In this document: positions 1-10,666 of the stretch, one piece after another | Position numbering within the stretch: the first letter of the stretch is position 1 | Layout of the letters: each line of letters opens with the position of its first letter | NCBI GenBank assembly: GCA_022826005.1 | Contig: JAJDVT010000058.1 | Span: 6,605-70,604 of the forward strand | Source of the DNA: Gemmatimonadota bacterium | GTDB taxonomy: Bacteria; Gemmatimonadota; Gemmatimonadetes; Longimicrobiales; Gaopeijiaceae | Reading direction: 5' to 3' | Length of the DNA: 64,000 bases | Translations under genes and position numbers: made by a program | The notes under the pieces: model-generated | The model's input: only the letters and a program-made list of their open reading frames with translations | What the model was told of the DNA's origin: nothing | The model's database searches: none

Positions 1-1083
1 CCTGCCGTTCAGTTCGGGGCGCCGGTCCGCGAAGAGGAACCGCTGTGCGCCACCGCGAATCGCCAGCATCTCGCGCGTCTGCCCGTGGATGATCTCGACC
101 GTGTCGGGGTGGTCGAAACGGCGCACCATCGCCGAGTCGCCTCCTGCCGCGGCCCACCCCGGGATCGTGTACGAGCGCAGGTTTGACTGTGTCGCGGTGT
201 ACGAGTGATGCGCCCCCGCAACCTCGACCCCGCGGTTCCGCGCGGCCTCGATCAGCGCGGCCCCCTCGTGCGCGCGTCCGTAGTTGTGGGCCCCCTGGGC
301 GTTGAAATGGCTGAAGATGACCTTCGTCCCCGCCTCCTCCCCGATCCGGATCCCCTCCGCGGTCGACTCCAGGTAGCCGAACGGCGGGTAGGCGGCGCCC
401 AGATCCCGGTCGTGCGTGTCGTAGATCGCGCCCGGGTACTCGGCGGCCACCCGGTTGAGCTCGATCACCTCCTCGGCGTCGGCGTAGTTGCCCGGCAGGT
501 AGAACAGCCCCGACGACAGCCCGTACGCGCCCTCCTCCATGCCCTGGCGAACCAGCGCCCGCATCTCGTCCAGTTCTCCGCCCGTGGGTGCGCGGTCCCC
601 CATCCCCATCACCCACGCCCGCACCGAGTTGTGCCCCACGAAAAGGAACGCGTTCACGCCGATTCCATCCTCCTCCCAGGCGGCCAGCTGTGCGGCGACC
701 TCCGCACTGCCAAATCCGTCCACCCCCAGCGACACGCTGGTAATCCCCTGAAAGAGGAATGCTCGCGCGTCGCGTCCGTGGTCGGTGCCCAGCTCCGCGT
801 GGGAGTGCATGTCGATGAACCCCGGCGTCACGACCAGACCCGACACATCGACCGTGTCGAGCGCCGTCACACCCGCTTCCCGGGCATCGCCCACGAAGAC
901 GACGCGATCGCCCGCCACGGCGACATCGGCGCTGACCGCCTCGGCGCCCGTGCCGTCCAGCACCGAGCCGCCCATCAGCAGCAGGTCGGCGGGCCCGTCA
1001 GCGCCGGTGCAGGAGGCGAGCAGGAGCAGGAGCGCGGAGGCGGCGGCCGGGCTGCGCCCTGGGCCAGGGGTGGTCCGGTGCAT
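1..1083 (-). CDS. amidohydrolase-family lipoprotein, N-acyl-D-amino-acid deacylase-like (C-terminal part runs off the window)
   Basis: Absent from the ORF track because there is no stop codon in the window. My reverse-strand translation from the ATG at 1083 reads MHRTTPGPGRSPAAASALLLLLASCTGADGPADLLLMGGSVLDGTGAEAVSADVAVAGDRVVFVGD...VVTPGFIDMHSHAELG...GAYGLSSGLFYLPG. It has a lipobox (LLASC) and the DMHSH metal motif of the amidohydrolase superfamily. The listed + ORF 205..1101 is its antisense shadow. Confidence 0.8.
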   Translation of the reverse strand, partial: MHRTTPGPGRSPAAASALLLLLASCTGADGPADLLLMGGSVLDGTGAEAVSADVAVAGDRVVFVGDAREAGVTALDTVDVSGLVVTPGFIDMHSHAELGTDHGRDARAFLFQGITSVSLGVDGFGSAEVAAQLAAWEEDGIGVNAFLFVGHNSVRAWVMGMGDRAPTGGELDEMRALVRQGMEEGAYGLSSGLFYLPGNYADAEEVIELNRVAAEYPGAIYDTHDRDLGAAYPPFGYLESTAEGIRIGEEAGTKVIFSHFNAQGAHNYGRAHEGAALIEAARNRGVEVAGAHHSYTATQSNLRSYTIPGWAAAGGDSAMVRRFDHPDTVEIIHGQTREMLAIRGGAQRFLFADRRPELNGR

Positions 1084-1208
1084 GGGATTCGTCCGACTTG
1101 AGGGAGCCATTGCGACAGGTCCCCGGAAGATAGACGCGGGCGCAAGACCGCTGCCAGGCTGGCAGCCCCTCGGTCCGGCGCGGGGATTGTCCACGGACTG
1201 CCGGAGGA

Positions 1209-2510
1209 TCAATTCGCCGGAGCGGTCCCGCCTGACAGCCTGACGAAATAGACCCCGCCGCCGATCGAGGTCGCCCCGATGACTCCGCTCTCGAAGAACG
1301 GGTAGTTGCTCCATCCTCCGTCCAGCCCCGGCTCGTTCGATTGATCGGGCTCGTGGTCGAAGAAGGCGATTTCAACCGGGTCTTCCCGGGCCGCAATGCT
1401 GACGACCCGCAGTCCGGCATGGTAGTTGGACTGGTACATCAGGTTTCCGGCCACATACAGATTGTGGTCCGTCGCCTGGGTTGTCCCGAAGAAGTCTCCG
1501 GCAGGGATCGGATCGTCCAGATCCCTCACGTCCCACACGATGGTGCGGGTACCGGAGACCGTGCCGAAGGCCTCGTCGAACTCGTCGTTCATGTAGAGGT
1601 ATTCGTGTGCCTCGTCGAGCCACGCCTGGTGCGCGTAGGCGGTGTTCGGATAGGTGGCCGCGGCCACCGCCACCGGAGCTGCCTTGTCGGTCACGTCCGC
1701 GATGCTGAGCGCGGTCTCGTTGGAGCCGAAGCAGATCTCCCGGCTTCGGTAGTCGGTGTCGGGTCCGCGGTAAACCACGCAAATCGCGTCGTGGGTGTAT
1801 CCCGTGCCCGCCCTCCCGGTCGCCGCATCGGCAAAGCACCCCGCGAAGACCGGACTCACCGGGTTGCGGATGTCGATCATGTGAAGCCCGCCGCCACAGG
1901 AGTTCCCGCCGCCGCTGCTCCCGACCGCATAGGCGAAGCCGGTCTCCTCGTTGATGACGATGTTGTGGGCGCTGTGGATGCCATCGTACAGCGCATCCGC
2001 CTCGAAGGTCTCCGGAGGATTGGCGACGCGGCGCAGCCGGGTGAGGTCGAAGACCTGCATGCCGTGCGGTCCGGCGCCATCGGACACGACGAAGGCATGG
2101 TCCCTGTACACCTTGATATCGCGCCATGCCCCCGCCCGTGCGCCGTCGGTCTTCGGCAGAATGCCGGCGTACAGCGGACGTTCCGGGTCCTTGAGACTGA
2201 CAAAGGCCGTTCCCTGCTGGTGCCCCACCAGCGCCCACTCCGTGCCGGTCACCGGGTCGGTCCAGCCCCACATGTCGTTCACGATGCCCTCGGTCAGGCC
2301 GATCTCCTCGCCCGTGAAGTACGACACCAGGTCGATGCCCTGGCAGGGATAGATTCCGGCCATGCCGTTGGTGCACGGCCTTGCCCGGTTGTCCGGATCA
2401 GCAGGTTTCGCGGGGTTGTCGGACCCGGCGCGGATGATCCCATCCGAATCGCAACCCGGCAGGATAGGCAGGCCGACAATCCACACGATGGTGGCTATTC
2501 GCTTCGTCAT
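1209..2510 (-). CDS. choice-of-anchor B / LVIVD-repeat family lipoprotein
   Basis: ORF 1209..2564. Start chosen at the internal ATG 2510 (MTKRIATIVWIVGLPILPGCDSDG, lipobox). The body (DMWGWTDPVTGTEWALVG, YRDHAFVVSDG, HNIVINEETGFAYAVG, AHQAWLDE, DHNLYVAGNLMYQSNY) matches my memory of choice-of-anchor B beta-propeller proteins. Confidence 0.8.
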   Translation of the reverse strand: MTKRIATIVWIVGLPILPGCDSDGIIRAGSDNPAKPADPDNRARPCTNGMAGIYPCQGIDLVSYFTGEEIGLTEGIVNDMWGWTDPVTGTEWALVGHQQGTAFVSLKDPERPLYAGILPKTDGARAGAWRDIKVYRDHAFVVSDGAGPHGMQVFDLTRLRRVANPPETFEADALYDGIHSAHNIVINEETGFAYAVGSSGGGNSCGGGLHMIDIRNPVSPVFAGCFADAATGRAGTGYTHDAICVVYRGPDTDYRSREICFGSNETALSIADVTDKAAPVAVAAATYPNTAYAHQAWLDEAHEYLYMNDEFDEAFGTVSGTRTIVWDVRDLDDPIPAGDFFGTTQATDHNLYVAGNLMYQSNYHAGLRVVSIAAREDPVEIAFFDHEPDQSNEPGLDGGWSNYPFFESGVIGATSIGGGVYFVRLSGGTAPAN

Positions 2511-2574
2511 CCGTACCCCTCGCATCCCATGGCACCGGGCCAAGCGCCGACCCGCAGCCCCCAATGGTACGCAA

Positions 2575-3306
2575 TCAGTTCGATTCGGTTACCGCAGGGT
2601 CCGTCGAATCGGTCTGTGTACTCCGCAAATCCACCACGATCATACTGCTGTTCCTTACCTCCAGCAACCGGTACTCCATGTCGCTGCCAGCCCCGAGGAT
2701 CCACCGCACTCTGTTGTCCTCGTCGCAGGTCTGCAGCGCCCGGATGAGCGTCGGAAAGTCCGGAGCCAGATCTCGTTCACCGACCAGGGGGGTCCCGCCG
2801 TCATTGGATATGGTGCGCGGAAACTCGATGGCCAGTTGAGCGGGCGCGTCCGTTCCCGGTTCGGCGGCGTCGCAACCGCCCCCCCCTTCCTCCACCAGCC
2901 GGAGCTGGTATCCGGCCACCCTGGGTTCGAAGGTGAAGATGACGCGGTCGAATCCCTCCATGGCATGGGCCGATACTTCCGTCAGGCGGGCTGGCGCCGC
3001 ATCGGGGACGGGGTCGCGCGAAATGAGGTTTTGGGCCCAGGGGATGTGCAGCCCGACATCAGCGCGATCCAGATCGCCGTAGTCGGTGTCTTCCATTCCT
3101 TCGTGGCGAACCTCCCTGGGCTCCTCGTGGGGGAGGGTGTCGTTGTACACCACGTTGTTGCCACCCGCGCTGCCCTCGCCGCAGCCGGCCAGCGTGGTGA
3201 GCAGCCCGCAGAGAATCCCGGCGGGAAGCGCCGCCTGTCGAAGTACCGGGGTCGTTTTCTTGAACACGGGAATAGTCCTTTCCACGTCAGGTCGCTGGCG
3301 GTTCAT
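2575..3306 (-). CDS. hypothetical lipoprotein
   Basis: 243-aa ORF with a signal peptide and lipobox (LLTTLAGCGEGS). High GC3. Lies 16 nt downstream of sufS on the same strand. I recognise no catalytic motif. Confidence 0.7.
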   Translation of the reverse strand: MNRQRPDVERTIPVFKKTTPVLRQAALPAGILCGLLTTLAGCGEGSAGGNNVVYNDTLPHEEPREVRHEGMEDTDYGDLDRADVGLHIPWAQNLISRDPVPDAAPARLTEVSAHAMEGFDRVIFTFEPRVAGYQLRLVEEGGGGCDAAEPGTDAPAQLAIEFPRTISNDGGTPLVGERDLAPDFPTLIRALQTCDEDNRVRWILGAGSDMEYRLLEVRNSSMIVVDLRSTQTDSTDPAVTESN

Positions 3307-3322
3307 GCCGGGCCGTCCCGGG

Positions 3323-4564
3323 TCAGGGCAGAAGGAGTTGCCTTGCCGTCTCCACCGCCGCCGCGAGCCGCTCTATTTCTTCGTCGCTGTTATAAAGGTA
3401 GAAGGATGCCCGGACCGTTGCCGAAACGTCGAAGCGGTCGACCACCAGCTGGGCACAGTGGTGGCCGGCGCGCACCGCGATTCCCTGGGCATCGAGTATC
3501 GTTGCGACATCCTGGGCGGAAGCCCCTTCCAGCACGAACGGCACCACTCCGGCGCGGCCAGCGAGGTCGGTGGGCCCGAGGATGCGGATGCCCTCCACCT
3601 CGGAGAGAAGCGAAACCGCCCGGCGGGTCAGCGACATCTCGTGCCGGTGTATGTTTTCGATTCCCACGCCTTCGAGATAGTCGGCGGCGGCGGCCAGGCC
3701 CACCGCCCCGGCGATGTTGGGCGTGCCCGCCTCGAACTTGTGGGGCACCTCCGCCCAGGTACTGTACTCGCGAAAGACCCGTTCGATCATCTCTCCGCCC
3801 CCCTGGTACGGGGGCATTCCATCCAGCAGCGACCGCCTGCCCCACAGTCCGCCGATACCGGTCGGGCCGCACATCTTGTGGCCGGAAAAGGCATAGAGAT
3901 CACAGCCCAGCGCCTGGACGTCGAGGGGGAGGTGGGGTGCTCCCTGTGCGCCGTCGAGGATGAAGACCGCGTCGCTCCTGCTCCGGACAAGCGCGCCGAT
4001 CTCCTGCACCGGATTGATGGTCCCCAGCGCATTCGAGACGTGCGGAAGCGACACGACCCGGGTGTGCGGGCCGAGCAGCGAGGACAGGTGGTCGAGGTCG
4101 AGGCGGCCGTCGTCGGTGAGGCCGGCGTAGCGGAGACGGATCCCCCTGCGGGCGGCCAGCAGCTGCCACGGCACCAGGTTGGAGTGGTGCTCCATCTCGG
4201 AGATGACGACTTCGTCGGCGGGGCCGAGGCCTTGGCCCAGCGAGGACGCGACGAGGTTCAGGGCCTCGGAGGTGCCCCGCGTCCAAACGACTTCGTGTGC
4301 GTCGGCCGCGTTCAGCCAGCGTGCGATCCGTTCGCGCGAGCCTTCGTACGCTTCGGTGGCCCGGCGGGCCAGTTCGTGCACGCCCCGGTGGACGTTGGCG
4401 TGGTCGCGAAGGTAGTAGCGGCTGATCGCATCGATGACCTGGCGCGGCTTCTGGGAGGAAGCGGCGCTGTCCAGGTACACCAGTGGCTTCCCGTCCACGG
4501 TCTGGTCGAGGACGGGAAAGTCCCGCCTGATGGCGGCGACATCCAGGGCGACGGTCTGCCTCAC
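3323..4564 (-). CDS. sufS: cysteine desulfurase SufS (class V aminotransferase fold)
   Basis: 413 aa. Contains LDSAASSQKP, HEMEHHSNLVPW, the PLP-lysine region FSGHKMCGPTGIGGLWGR and the C-terminal RAGHHCAQ active-site Cys loop. Last gene of the suf cluster. Confidence 0.93.
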   Translation of the reverse strand: MRQTVALDVAAIRRDFPVLDQTVDGKPLVYLDSAASSQKPRQVIDAISRYYLRDHANVHRGVHELARRATEAYEGSRERIARWLNAADAHEVVWTRGTSEALNLVASSLGQGLGPADEVVISEMEHHSNLVPWQLLAARRGIRLRYAGLTDDGRLDLDHLSSLLGPHTRVVSLPHVSNALGTINPVQEIGALVRSRSDAVFILDGAQGAPHLPLDVQALGCDLYAFSGHKMCGPTGIGGLWGRRSLLDGMPPYQGGGEMIERVFREYSTWAEVPHKFEAGTPNIAGAVGLAAAADYLEGVGIENIHRHEMSLTRRAVSLLSEVEGIRILGPTDLAGRAGVVPFVLEGASAQDVATILDAQGIAVRAGHHCAQLVVDRFDVSATVRASFYLYNSDEEIERLAAAVETARQLLLP

Positions 4565-4597
4565 CTTGCCCGGTCAGCCGGGTTCATCCGCTGGTTG

Positions 4598-4936
4598 CTA
4601 TTCAAGCCGCAGATAGACCCCGCCGTCGCGGACTTCCACCTCGAAGGTCCGCACAGGCGTGACTGCGGGCAACCGGGTGGCCCTGCCGGTGCAGAGATCG
4701 AACCGGGCGCCGTGGAATATGCACTCCACCTCGCCGTCTTCGAGTTCCCCGGCCGAGAGCGGATAGTCCTGATGCGAGCAGCGGTCCTCGAGCGCGTAGA
4801 TCCTGCCTTCGACACTCGCGAGCACGACGGGTCCCCGGTCGGTCGACACCGGGGTGAGTTCGTTCGGCTGCACCTCCTCCGCCGACGCCACTCTTGTCCA
4901 CGGAGCCTCCGTGCCGCGGGTCTTCCTGCGAAGCAT
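4598..4936 (-). CDS. Rieske (2Fe-2S) ferredoxin-like protein
   Basis: 112 aa with the CSHQ...C-IFHG Rieske ligand pattern (C-x-H ... C-x-x-H). Sits between sufD and sufS. Confidence 0.85.
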   Translation of the reverse strand: MLRRKTRGTEAPWTRVASAEEVQPNELTPVSTDRGPVVLASVEGRIYALEDRCSHQDYPLSAGELEDGEVECIFHGARFDLCTGRATRLPAVTPVRTFEVEVRDGGVYLRLE

Positions 4937-4940
4937 CGCC

Positions 4941-6317
4941 CTACCCGTGCAAGTGCCGCAGCTTCGCCCGGATCGCCCTGGTGACCTTCTCGGTCACGCC
5001 ACCCAGCGGCAGCCTGTCCAGCACCTCTCCGAGGAACCCGAGCACCACCAGGCGTTCGGCCTGCTCACGGTCCAGTCCGCGGCTCATCAGGTAGAAGAGC
5101 GACTCGGCGTCGAGCTGGCCCACGGTGGCGCCGTGCGAGCAGCGCACGTCGTCGGCACCGATCTCGAGGTTGGGCAGGGAGGTGGCGACGGCGTCGTCCG
5201 ACAGGATCAGGTTGCGGTTGGTCTGGTAGGCGTCCGTCCGCTGCGCGCCCTCGTGAACCCGGATGATGCCCCGGAAGACGCCGCGGGCCGATCCGTCCAG
5301 CGCCCCCTTGTACAGGAGGTCGCTGTGCGCGTCGGGCGCCACGTGGTCCTGGCTCGTGTTGAAGTCGAAGTGCTGGTCCTCGTCTCCGAAGTAGAGGCCC
5401 AGCATGTCGCTGTTGGCCCCGGGACCGAGGAGCCGTGCGTTCAGATCGACGCGGCCGACCGACCCCCCGAGCGCGACGTTGAGGGTGTCTAGGGTGGAAT
5501 CGCGCTCCGCCAGGGTGCGCTGGGTGGCGAGGTAGAATCCGCCCCGCCCCATGCGCTGCAGCGACACGTACTGCACCTGGGCGCCCCCCCGCGAGAAGAG
5601 CTCGACGGCGGTGTTGGCCAGCGTGGTCGACTCGAAGTCGGGAGACGTGATCTCGTCCACGAACGAGACCTGGCTGAACTCCTCGGCGACGATGAGGATG
5701 CGTGTGAAGGTCGCGGTGCCCGGCCGCGACACCCAGCGACTGAGCCGGATGGGTTCATCGAGACGGACGCCCTTCGGAACCCGCAGGAAGACCCCGTCCG
5801 TCCAGAGCGCGGCGTTGAGCGCCGGGAACTTGCCCTCGGAAGCGGGTACGGCCCGGGTAGCGAGGAGTTCCTCGACCACGGGGTCGCCGCTCCTCGCGGC
5901 CTCGCGCAGCGAACAAAGCACCACACCCTGCGCCGCCAGCGCCGCGTCCAGCTCCACCGACACGACGTGCCCGTCCACGTCCACGACGCGTCCGGAACTC
6001 GCCGGGTCATGGGCCATCGTGCGGAGCAGCCCATCGGGGACTGTTCCCCGGGATGGACCGCCGACGCCGGGCACCAGGTCGCCATCCGGCGCCCCGCCGG
6101 CCCCCTCCAGGTTCGGCTCCAGCCCATCCAGCGGCAACAGCCGCCCGACATCCGTGTAGCGCCACTCCTCGGAGCGAGTCGAGGGAAGTGGCGTGGCCAC
6201 GTAGAGGTCCCACGCTTCCTCGCGGCGGGCCTTCAGCCAGGCGGGATCCGCCAGCCCCGTCTCCAGCACCGCGTCCCTGTTCAGCGCGCGCGCTGCACGT
6301 TCCCTTGGCGGCGCCAT
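4941..6317 (-). CDS. sufD: Fe-S cluster assembly protein SufD
   Basis: The track ORF 4941..7031 over-extends into sufB. The in-frame ATG at 6317 (MAPPRERAARALNRDAVLETGLADPAWLKARREEAW) lies 5 nt after the sufB stop. The C-terminus is typical of SufD (DAYQTNRNLILSDDA...[23 protein letters not shown]). Confidence 0.88.
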   Translation of the reverse strand: MAPPRERAARALNRDAVLETGLADPAWLKARREEAWDLYVATPLPSTRSEEWRYTDVGRLLPLDGLEPNLEGAGGAPDGDLVPGVGGPSRGTVPDGLLRTMAHDPASSGRVVDVDGHVVSVELDAALAAQGVVLCSLREAARSGDPVVEELLATRAVPASEGKFPALNAALWTDGVFLRVPKGVRLDEPIRLSRWVSRPGTATFTRILIVAEEFSQVSFVDEITSPDFESTTLANTAVELFSRGGAQVQYVSLQRMGRGGFYLATQRTLAERDSTLDTLNVALGGSVGRVDLNARLLGPGANSDMLGLYFGDEDQHFDFNTSQDHVAPDAHSDLLYKGALDGSARGVFRGIIRVHEGAQRTDAYQTNRNLILSDDAVATSLPNLEIGADDVRCSHGATVGQLDAESLFYLMSRGLDREQAERLVVLGFLGEVLDRLPLGGVTEKVTRAIRAKLRHLHG

Positions 6318-6322
6318 CCGGC

Positions 6323-7738
6323 TCAACCGACGCTCCCTTCCATTTCGAGTTCGATCAGCCGGTTCAGCTCCACCGCGTACTCCAGCGGCAGCTCCCTGGC
6401 GATCGGCTCGATGAAGCCGCGCACGATCAGCGCCATCGCCTCGGCCTCGTCCAGCCCGCGGCTCATCAGGTAGAAGAGCTGCTCGTCGCCCACCTTCGAC
6501 ACCGTCGCCTCGTGGCCCACGGATGCACTCTTCTCGTCGATCTCGATGTAGGGGAAGGTGTCGGTCCGGGAGGTCTCGTTGATCAGCAGGGCGTCGCACT
6601 CGACGTTCGACTTCGAGTTGGAAGCGCCGTCGTAGACCTTGCAGAGGCCGCGGTAGGAGGAGCGGCCCGTGCCCTTCGAGATCGACTTGGACACGATGCT
6701 CGAGGACGTGTTGGGTGCCACGTGGATAACCTTGCCGCCCGTGTCCTGGTGCTGGCCGTCGCCCGCGTACGCGATCGAGAGGATATCGCCGTGCGCGCCC
6801 TCGCCCATCAGGTAGCAGGACGGGTACTTCATCGTGAGCTTGGAGCCCAGGTTGCCGTCCAGCCACTCCATGTGGGCGCCCTGGTGCACCAGCGCACGCT
6901 GGGTGACCAGGTTGTACATGTTGTTCGACCAGTTCTGGATCGTGGTATAGCGGAAGTAGGCGTCCCGGTGGACGATGATCTCGATCACCCCGGAATGGAA
7001 GGAATCGGTAGAGTAGACCGGGGCCGTGCACCCTTCGATGTAGTGCGCGCGGGACCCCTCATCCGCGATGATCAGGGTGCGCTCGAACTGCCCCAGCCGC
7101 TCCTGGTTGACCCGGAAGTACGCCTGCAGCGGCGTCTCCAGCTGCACGCCCGGCGGGATGTAGACGAAAGATCCGCCCGACCACACCGCCGAGTTCAGCG
7201 CGGCGAACTTGTTGTCCGCCGCCGGGATCACGGTCCCGAAGTACTTGCGGAACAGCTCGGGATGGTTCTTCAGGCCGTCCTCTATGGAGTCGAAGATCAC
7301 GCCCTTGGACTCCCATTCCTCCTTGAGCGAGTGATAGACCATCTCGGAGTCGTACTGGGCTCCGACACCCGCCAGGATGCGGCGTTCGGCCTCGGGGATT
7401 CCCAGCCGCTCGAAGGTCTGCTTGATGTTCTCCGGCACGTCGTCCCAGGAGCGCTCCATCTGTTCCTGCGGCTTCACGTAGAAGTAGGTCTGGTCGAGCG
7501 TGTCCTGAAGCTCCGACAAGTCCCCGCCCCACTGCGGCATCGGCTTCGCGTCGTAGATCCTCAGCGCCTTCAGGCGGCTCTTCAGCATCCACTCCGGCTC
7601 GTCCTTGCGCGCCGAGATCTGTCGCACGATGTCGCCGTCCAGCCCGGGACGCGTGCGGAAGACGGGCTCCGAATCGGTGACGAACCCGAACTTGTAGTCG
7701 TCGAGTCCGAGTCCCTGTATGACTTCATTGCTGGGCAT
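6323..7738 (-). CDS. sufB: Fe-S cluster assembly protein SufB
   Basis: 471 aa, highly conserved SufB sequence ([63 protein letters not shown]). Confidence 0.95.
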   Translation of the reverse strand: MPSNEVIQGLGLDDYKFGFVTDSEPVFRTRPGLDGDIVRQISARKDEPEWMLKSRLKALRIYDAKPMPQWGGDLSELQDTLDQTYFYVKPQEQMERSWDDVPENIKQTFERLGIPEAERRILAGVGAQYDSEMVYHSLKEEWESKGVIFDSIEDGLKNHPELFRKYFGTVIPAADNKFAALNSAVWSGGSFVYIPPGVQLETPLQAYFRVNQERLGQFERTLIIADEGSRAHYIEGCTAPVYSTDSFHSGVIEIIVHRDAYFRYTTIQNWSNNMYNLVTQRALVHQGAHMEWLDGNLGSKLTMKYPSCYLMGEGAHGDILSIAYAGDGQHQDTGGKVIHVAPNTSSSIVSKSISKGTGRSSYRGLCKVYDGASNSKSNVECDALLINETSRTDTFPYIEIDEKSASVGHEATVSKVGDEQLFYLMSRGLDEAEAMALIVRGFIEPIARELPLEYAVELNRLIELEMEGSVG

Positions 7739-7791
7739 TCAGCCCTCCCTGTTCCGATCCATCCTGATGCAACAGGGCGCACTGCGGCCGG

Positions 7792-8565
<774 letters not shown>

Positions 8566-8693
8566 CCAACAGGCTCCACATTATTTGCTTTGACGACTTC
8601 GCTCTGACGACTGATTTCTCGACTATCGGGGGGCGCCGGTCCGCCGCGATTCGACCGCCCGGCCGCCACGACCGCTCGGCCAAGCGGACAGGA

Positions 8694-8778
8694 AAGCTAC
8701 CGGAGACGGGCGGACCCGTCAAGTTGCACAGGGGCGCTTGCAGGTGACTTGCACTTATTTGTAAGACATGCAATTGCA
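8694..8778 (-). promoter_or_regulatory. putative suf promoter plus upstream TTGCA-repeat / TGCAATTGCA palindrome
   Basis: On the minus strand: TTGACG (8717-8722), 17-nt spacer, TAGCTT (8694-8699). Immediately upstream, TTGCA recurs at 8724, 8738, 8749 and 8774, and there is a 10-bp perfect palindrome TGCAATTGCA at 8769-8778 in a locally AT-rich patch. Confidence 0.35.
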
Positions 8779-8798
8779 AGCATTTACGAGACTGAATA

Positions 8799-10418
8799 CT
8801 AGAAGATCGCCGCCTTGATCCAGGTGTCCGATCGAGCCCACGCCTCCCGGAACAGCTTGTTGACTTCATCAGCCTCGGACGTGCGGTCCTGGGCTCGGAG
8901 AGCCGCCTCCAGGCCGAAGAGCGACCATCCATTCATGGGATGGTCTTCGAGCGCGGCCTTGAACACGGCCTCCGCCTCCGCGTACCGTTCCATCTCCAGG
9001 AGCAGGTCGCCCAACCAGTGGCGGGCCGAGAAGTTGAGCGGTTCGGGCTCGTCGTAGCGCAGGCCGTCCTCGATTGCGATCGCCGCTTCCAGTACCTCGA
9101 CCGCCTCCTCGTTTTCGTCCTCCGCGCGCAGGATCTCCGCCTCCAGGATCCCGGCTACCACCCCGAGCAGATCGGCGGCCGAGTGCCCCCGGAACTGTCC
9201 CGTGTTCTGCGCCCCGAGCTTCACCTTTTCCAGGTAGAATCTCGCGCGATTCGCATCAATGTCGCGCAGGTGCGCGTAGCCGCGCGCGAAGTCCCAGAAG
9301 CCGCGCTGGATGCCTCCGGCGGGCGGGTCGTCCAACTCCAGGATCTCTTCGAAGCGGCCAAAGCGCAGCATGGTCATCGCCTCGTAGAAGTTGCCGCTGC
9401 GAACGGTCTTGCCGTAATCCTTCCCTGCCTGGATCGCGACCGCGCCCTGTCCGTCCATCGAGGCCGCGAAGAGGAGCATGTGCAGGTTGTGGGACGGATA
9501 GATGGCCCACGCGATATCTTCTTCGGCCCGCAGGTCGGAGTGCCAGGCGTCCAGGTTGGCCCGCACCGCGTCTCCCCAGCGGCCGACCCGGTTGTAGGTG
9601 TGGGACGGCATGTGCTGAATGTGGCTCGCGCCCGGGATAGACGCGCCGAGATGGTCGGCGCACGCTTCGGCCTTCTCCGGCTTGACGGTGGGCTCGGTGG
9701 CGTGGACGTAGAGGTGGCACGCCCCCGGGTGCTTGATGTCGATGGCCAGAACGGCCTCCAGGACCGCGTGGATCTTCTGCACGGCGGGCTTCTCGATGTC
9801 CCAGCGGCCGCGCCTGGGCTCGAGCAGCATGAGCGACTCGCCGTACAGCGTTCCCACTTCGACGTCGTAGGGGAAGCGCTGGTAGGCCTCGGCCATGGCG
9901 TCGGCGTACTCCTCGTCCATCTTCCGGCGCGACACCGAGTCGTGTTCCATCGCGTAGCGGACCGACATCGCCTCGATGAGCGTACGCTCGACCTCGTTGG
10001 CGTACCTGGCCGCGAGCGCCTTCGCCTTCATGATGTTCTCGTAGGCGCGCGGCGCGTCGTCGGGCCCCATGCCGCCGTTCAGGTATGGTCCCCAGGCCCA
10101 GGCCTCGCCCCAGAAGCACATTGCGCAGTTCGGGTCTTCCCGCTGGGCCTGGCGGAAGGAACGGGCCGCGCGCAGCGGAGTGAAGGCGTACATCATCTGC
10201 ACGCCCTGGTCGAAGAACTTCTGCGCTTCCGCCGAGCTGGTCGTGATCGGCCGGGTGAGGGGTCCGAGGGCTTCGGCGTAGTAGGTGGCCTCTTCGTCGA
10301 ATCCGGCCGGGTACTCCACCTCCTGCGCTGTCGCGCCGGGCGAAGCAATGGCTGAAAGAGACGAGATCACGACGGTCACGACGATGGCGCTGGAGCGCCG
10401 AATACATGCGGGTTCCAT
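8799..10418 (-). CDS. secreted helical-repeat (TPR-like) protein of unknown function
   Basis: ORF 8799..10505. Start moved to ATG 10418 (MEPACIRRSSAIVVTVVISSLSAIASPGATAQ, signal peptide). Conserved-looking blocks are CAMCFWGEAWAWGPYLN, HPGACHLYVHATE and HMPSHTY. The C-terminal third is helical-repeat-like. Confidence 0.7.
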   Translation of the reverse strand: MEPACIRRSSAIVVTVVISSLSAIASPGATAQEVEYPAGFDEEATYYAEALGPLTRPITTSSAEAQKFFDQGVQMMYAFTPLRAARSFRQAQREDPNCAMCFWGEAWAWGPYLNGGMGPDDAPRAYENIMKAKALAARYANEVERTLIEAMSVRYAMEHDSVSRRKMDEEYADAMAEAYQRFPYDVEVGTLYGESLMLLEPRRGRWDIEKPAVQKIHAVLEAVLAIDIKHPGACHLYVHATEPTVKPEKAEACADHLGASIPGASHIQHMPSHTYNRVGRWGDAVRANLDAWHSDLRAEEDIAWAIYPSHNLHMLLFAASMDGQGAVAIQAGKDYGKTVRSGNFYEAMTMLRFGRFEEILELDDPPAGGIQRGFWDFARGYAHLRDIDANRARFYLEKVKLGAQNTGQFRGHSAADLLGVVAGILEAEILRAEDENEEAVEVLEAAIAIEDGLRYDEPEPLNFSARHWLGDLLLEMERYAEAEAVFKAALEDHPMNGWSLFGLEAALRAQDRTSEADEVNKLFREAWARSDTWIKAAIF

Positions 10419-10666
10419 ACGTTCGCTGTCCGTTTGAGTTGCGGGTCTGGATATGCGGACCATGCCGGCAAAGTGCGGCTTGAAGGCTCCGGCCGCCAGA
10501 CCCATGCGATCCGCCGGACGGCGTACACCTCCCGCGCACTGCCGTCCCCAAGGGGTTAGAATGAAATGACGGCTTCATGCGTACCATTCCGGATGGGCCC
10601 GCCTCGGCCGCGCCGGCCTGCCGGGCTTGGCCATGACCACAGATTCGACCCACAACGGGAGGAAGC

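Noticed and set aside
2362-4984. Long + strand ORFs 2362..3963 (533 aa) and 3086..4984 (632 aa).
   Set aside because: They are antisense or out of frame to the well-supported lipoprotein, sufS and Rieske genes. Their Arg/Pro/Gly-rich composition is typical of high-GC shadow ORFs.
4941-7031. 696-aa version of the SufD ORF.
   Set aside because: The N-terminal 238 aa overlap sufB in another frame and are Arg/Pro/Gly-rich junk. The SufD-like sequence begins at the ATG at 6317.
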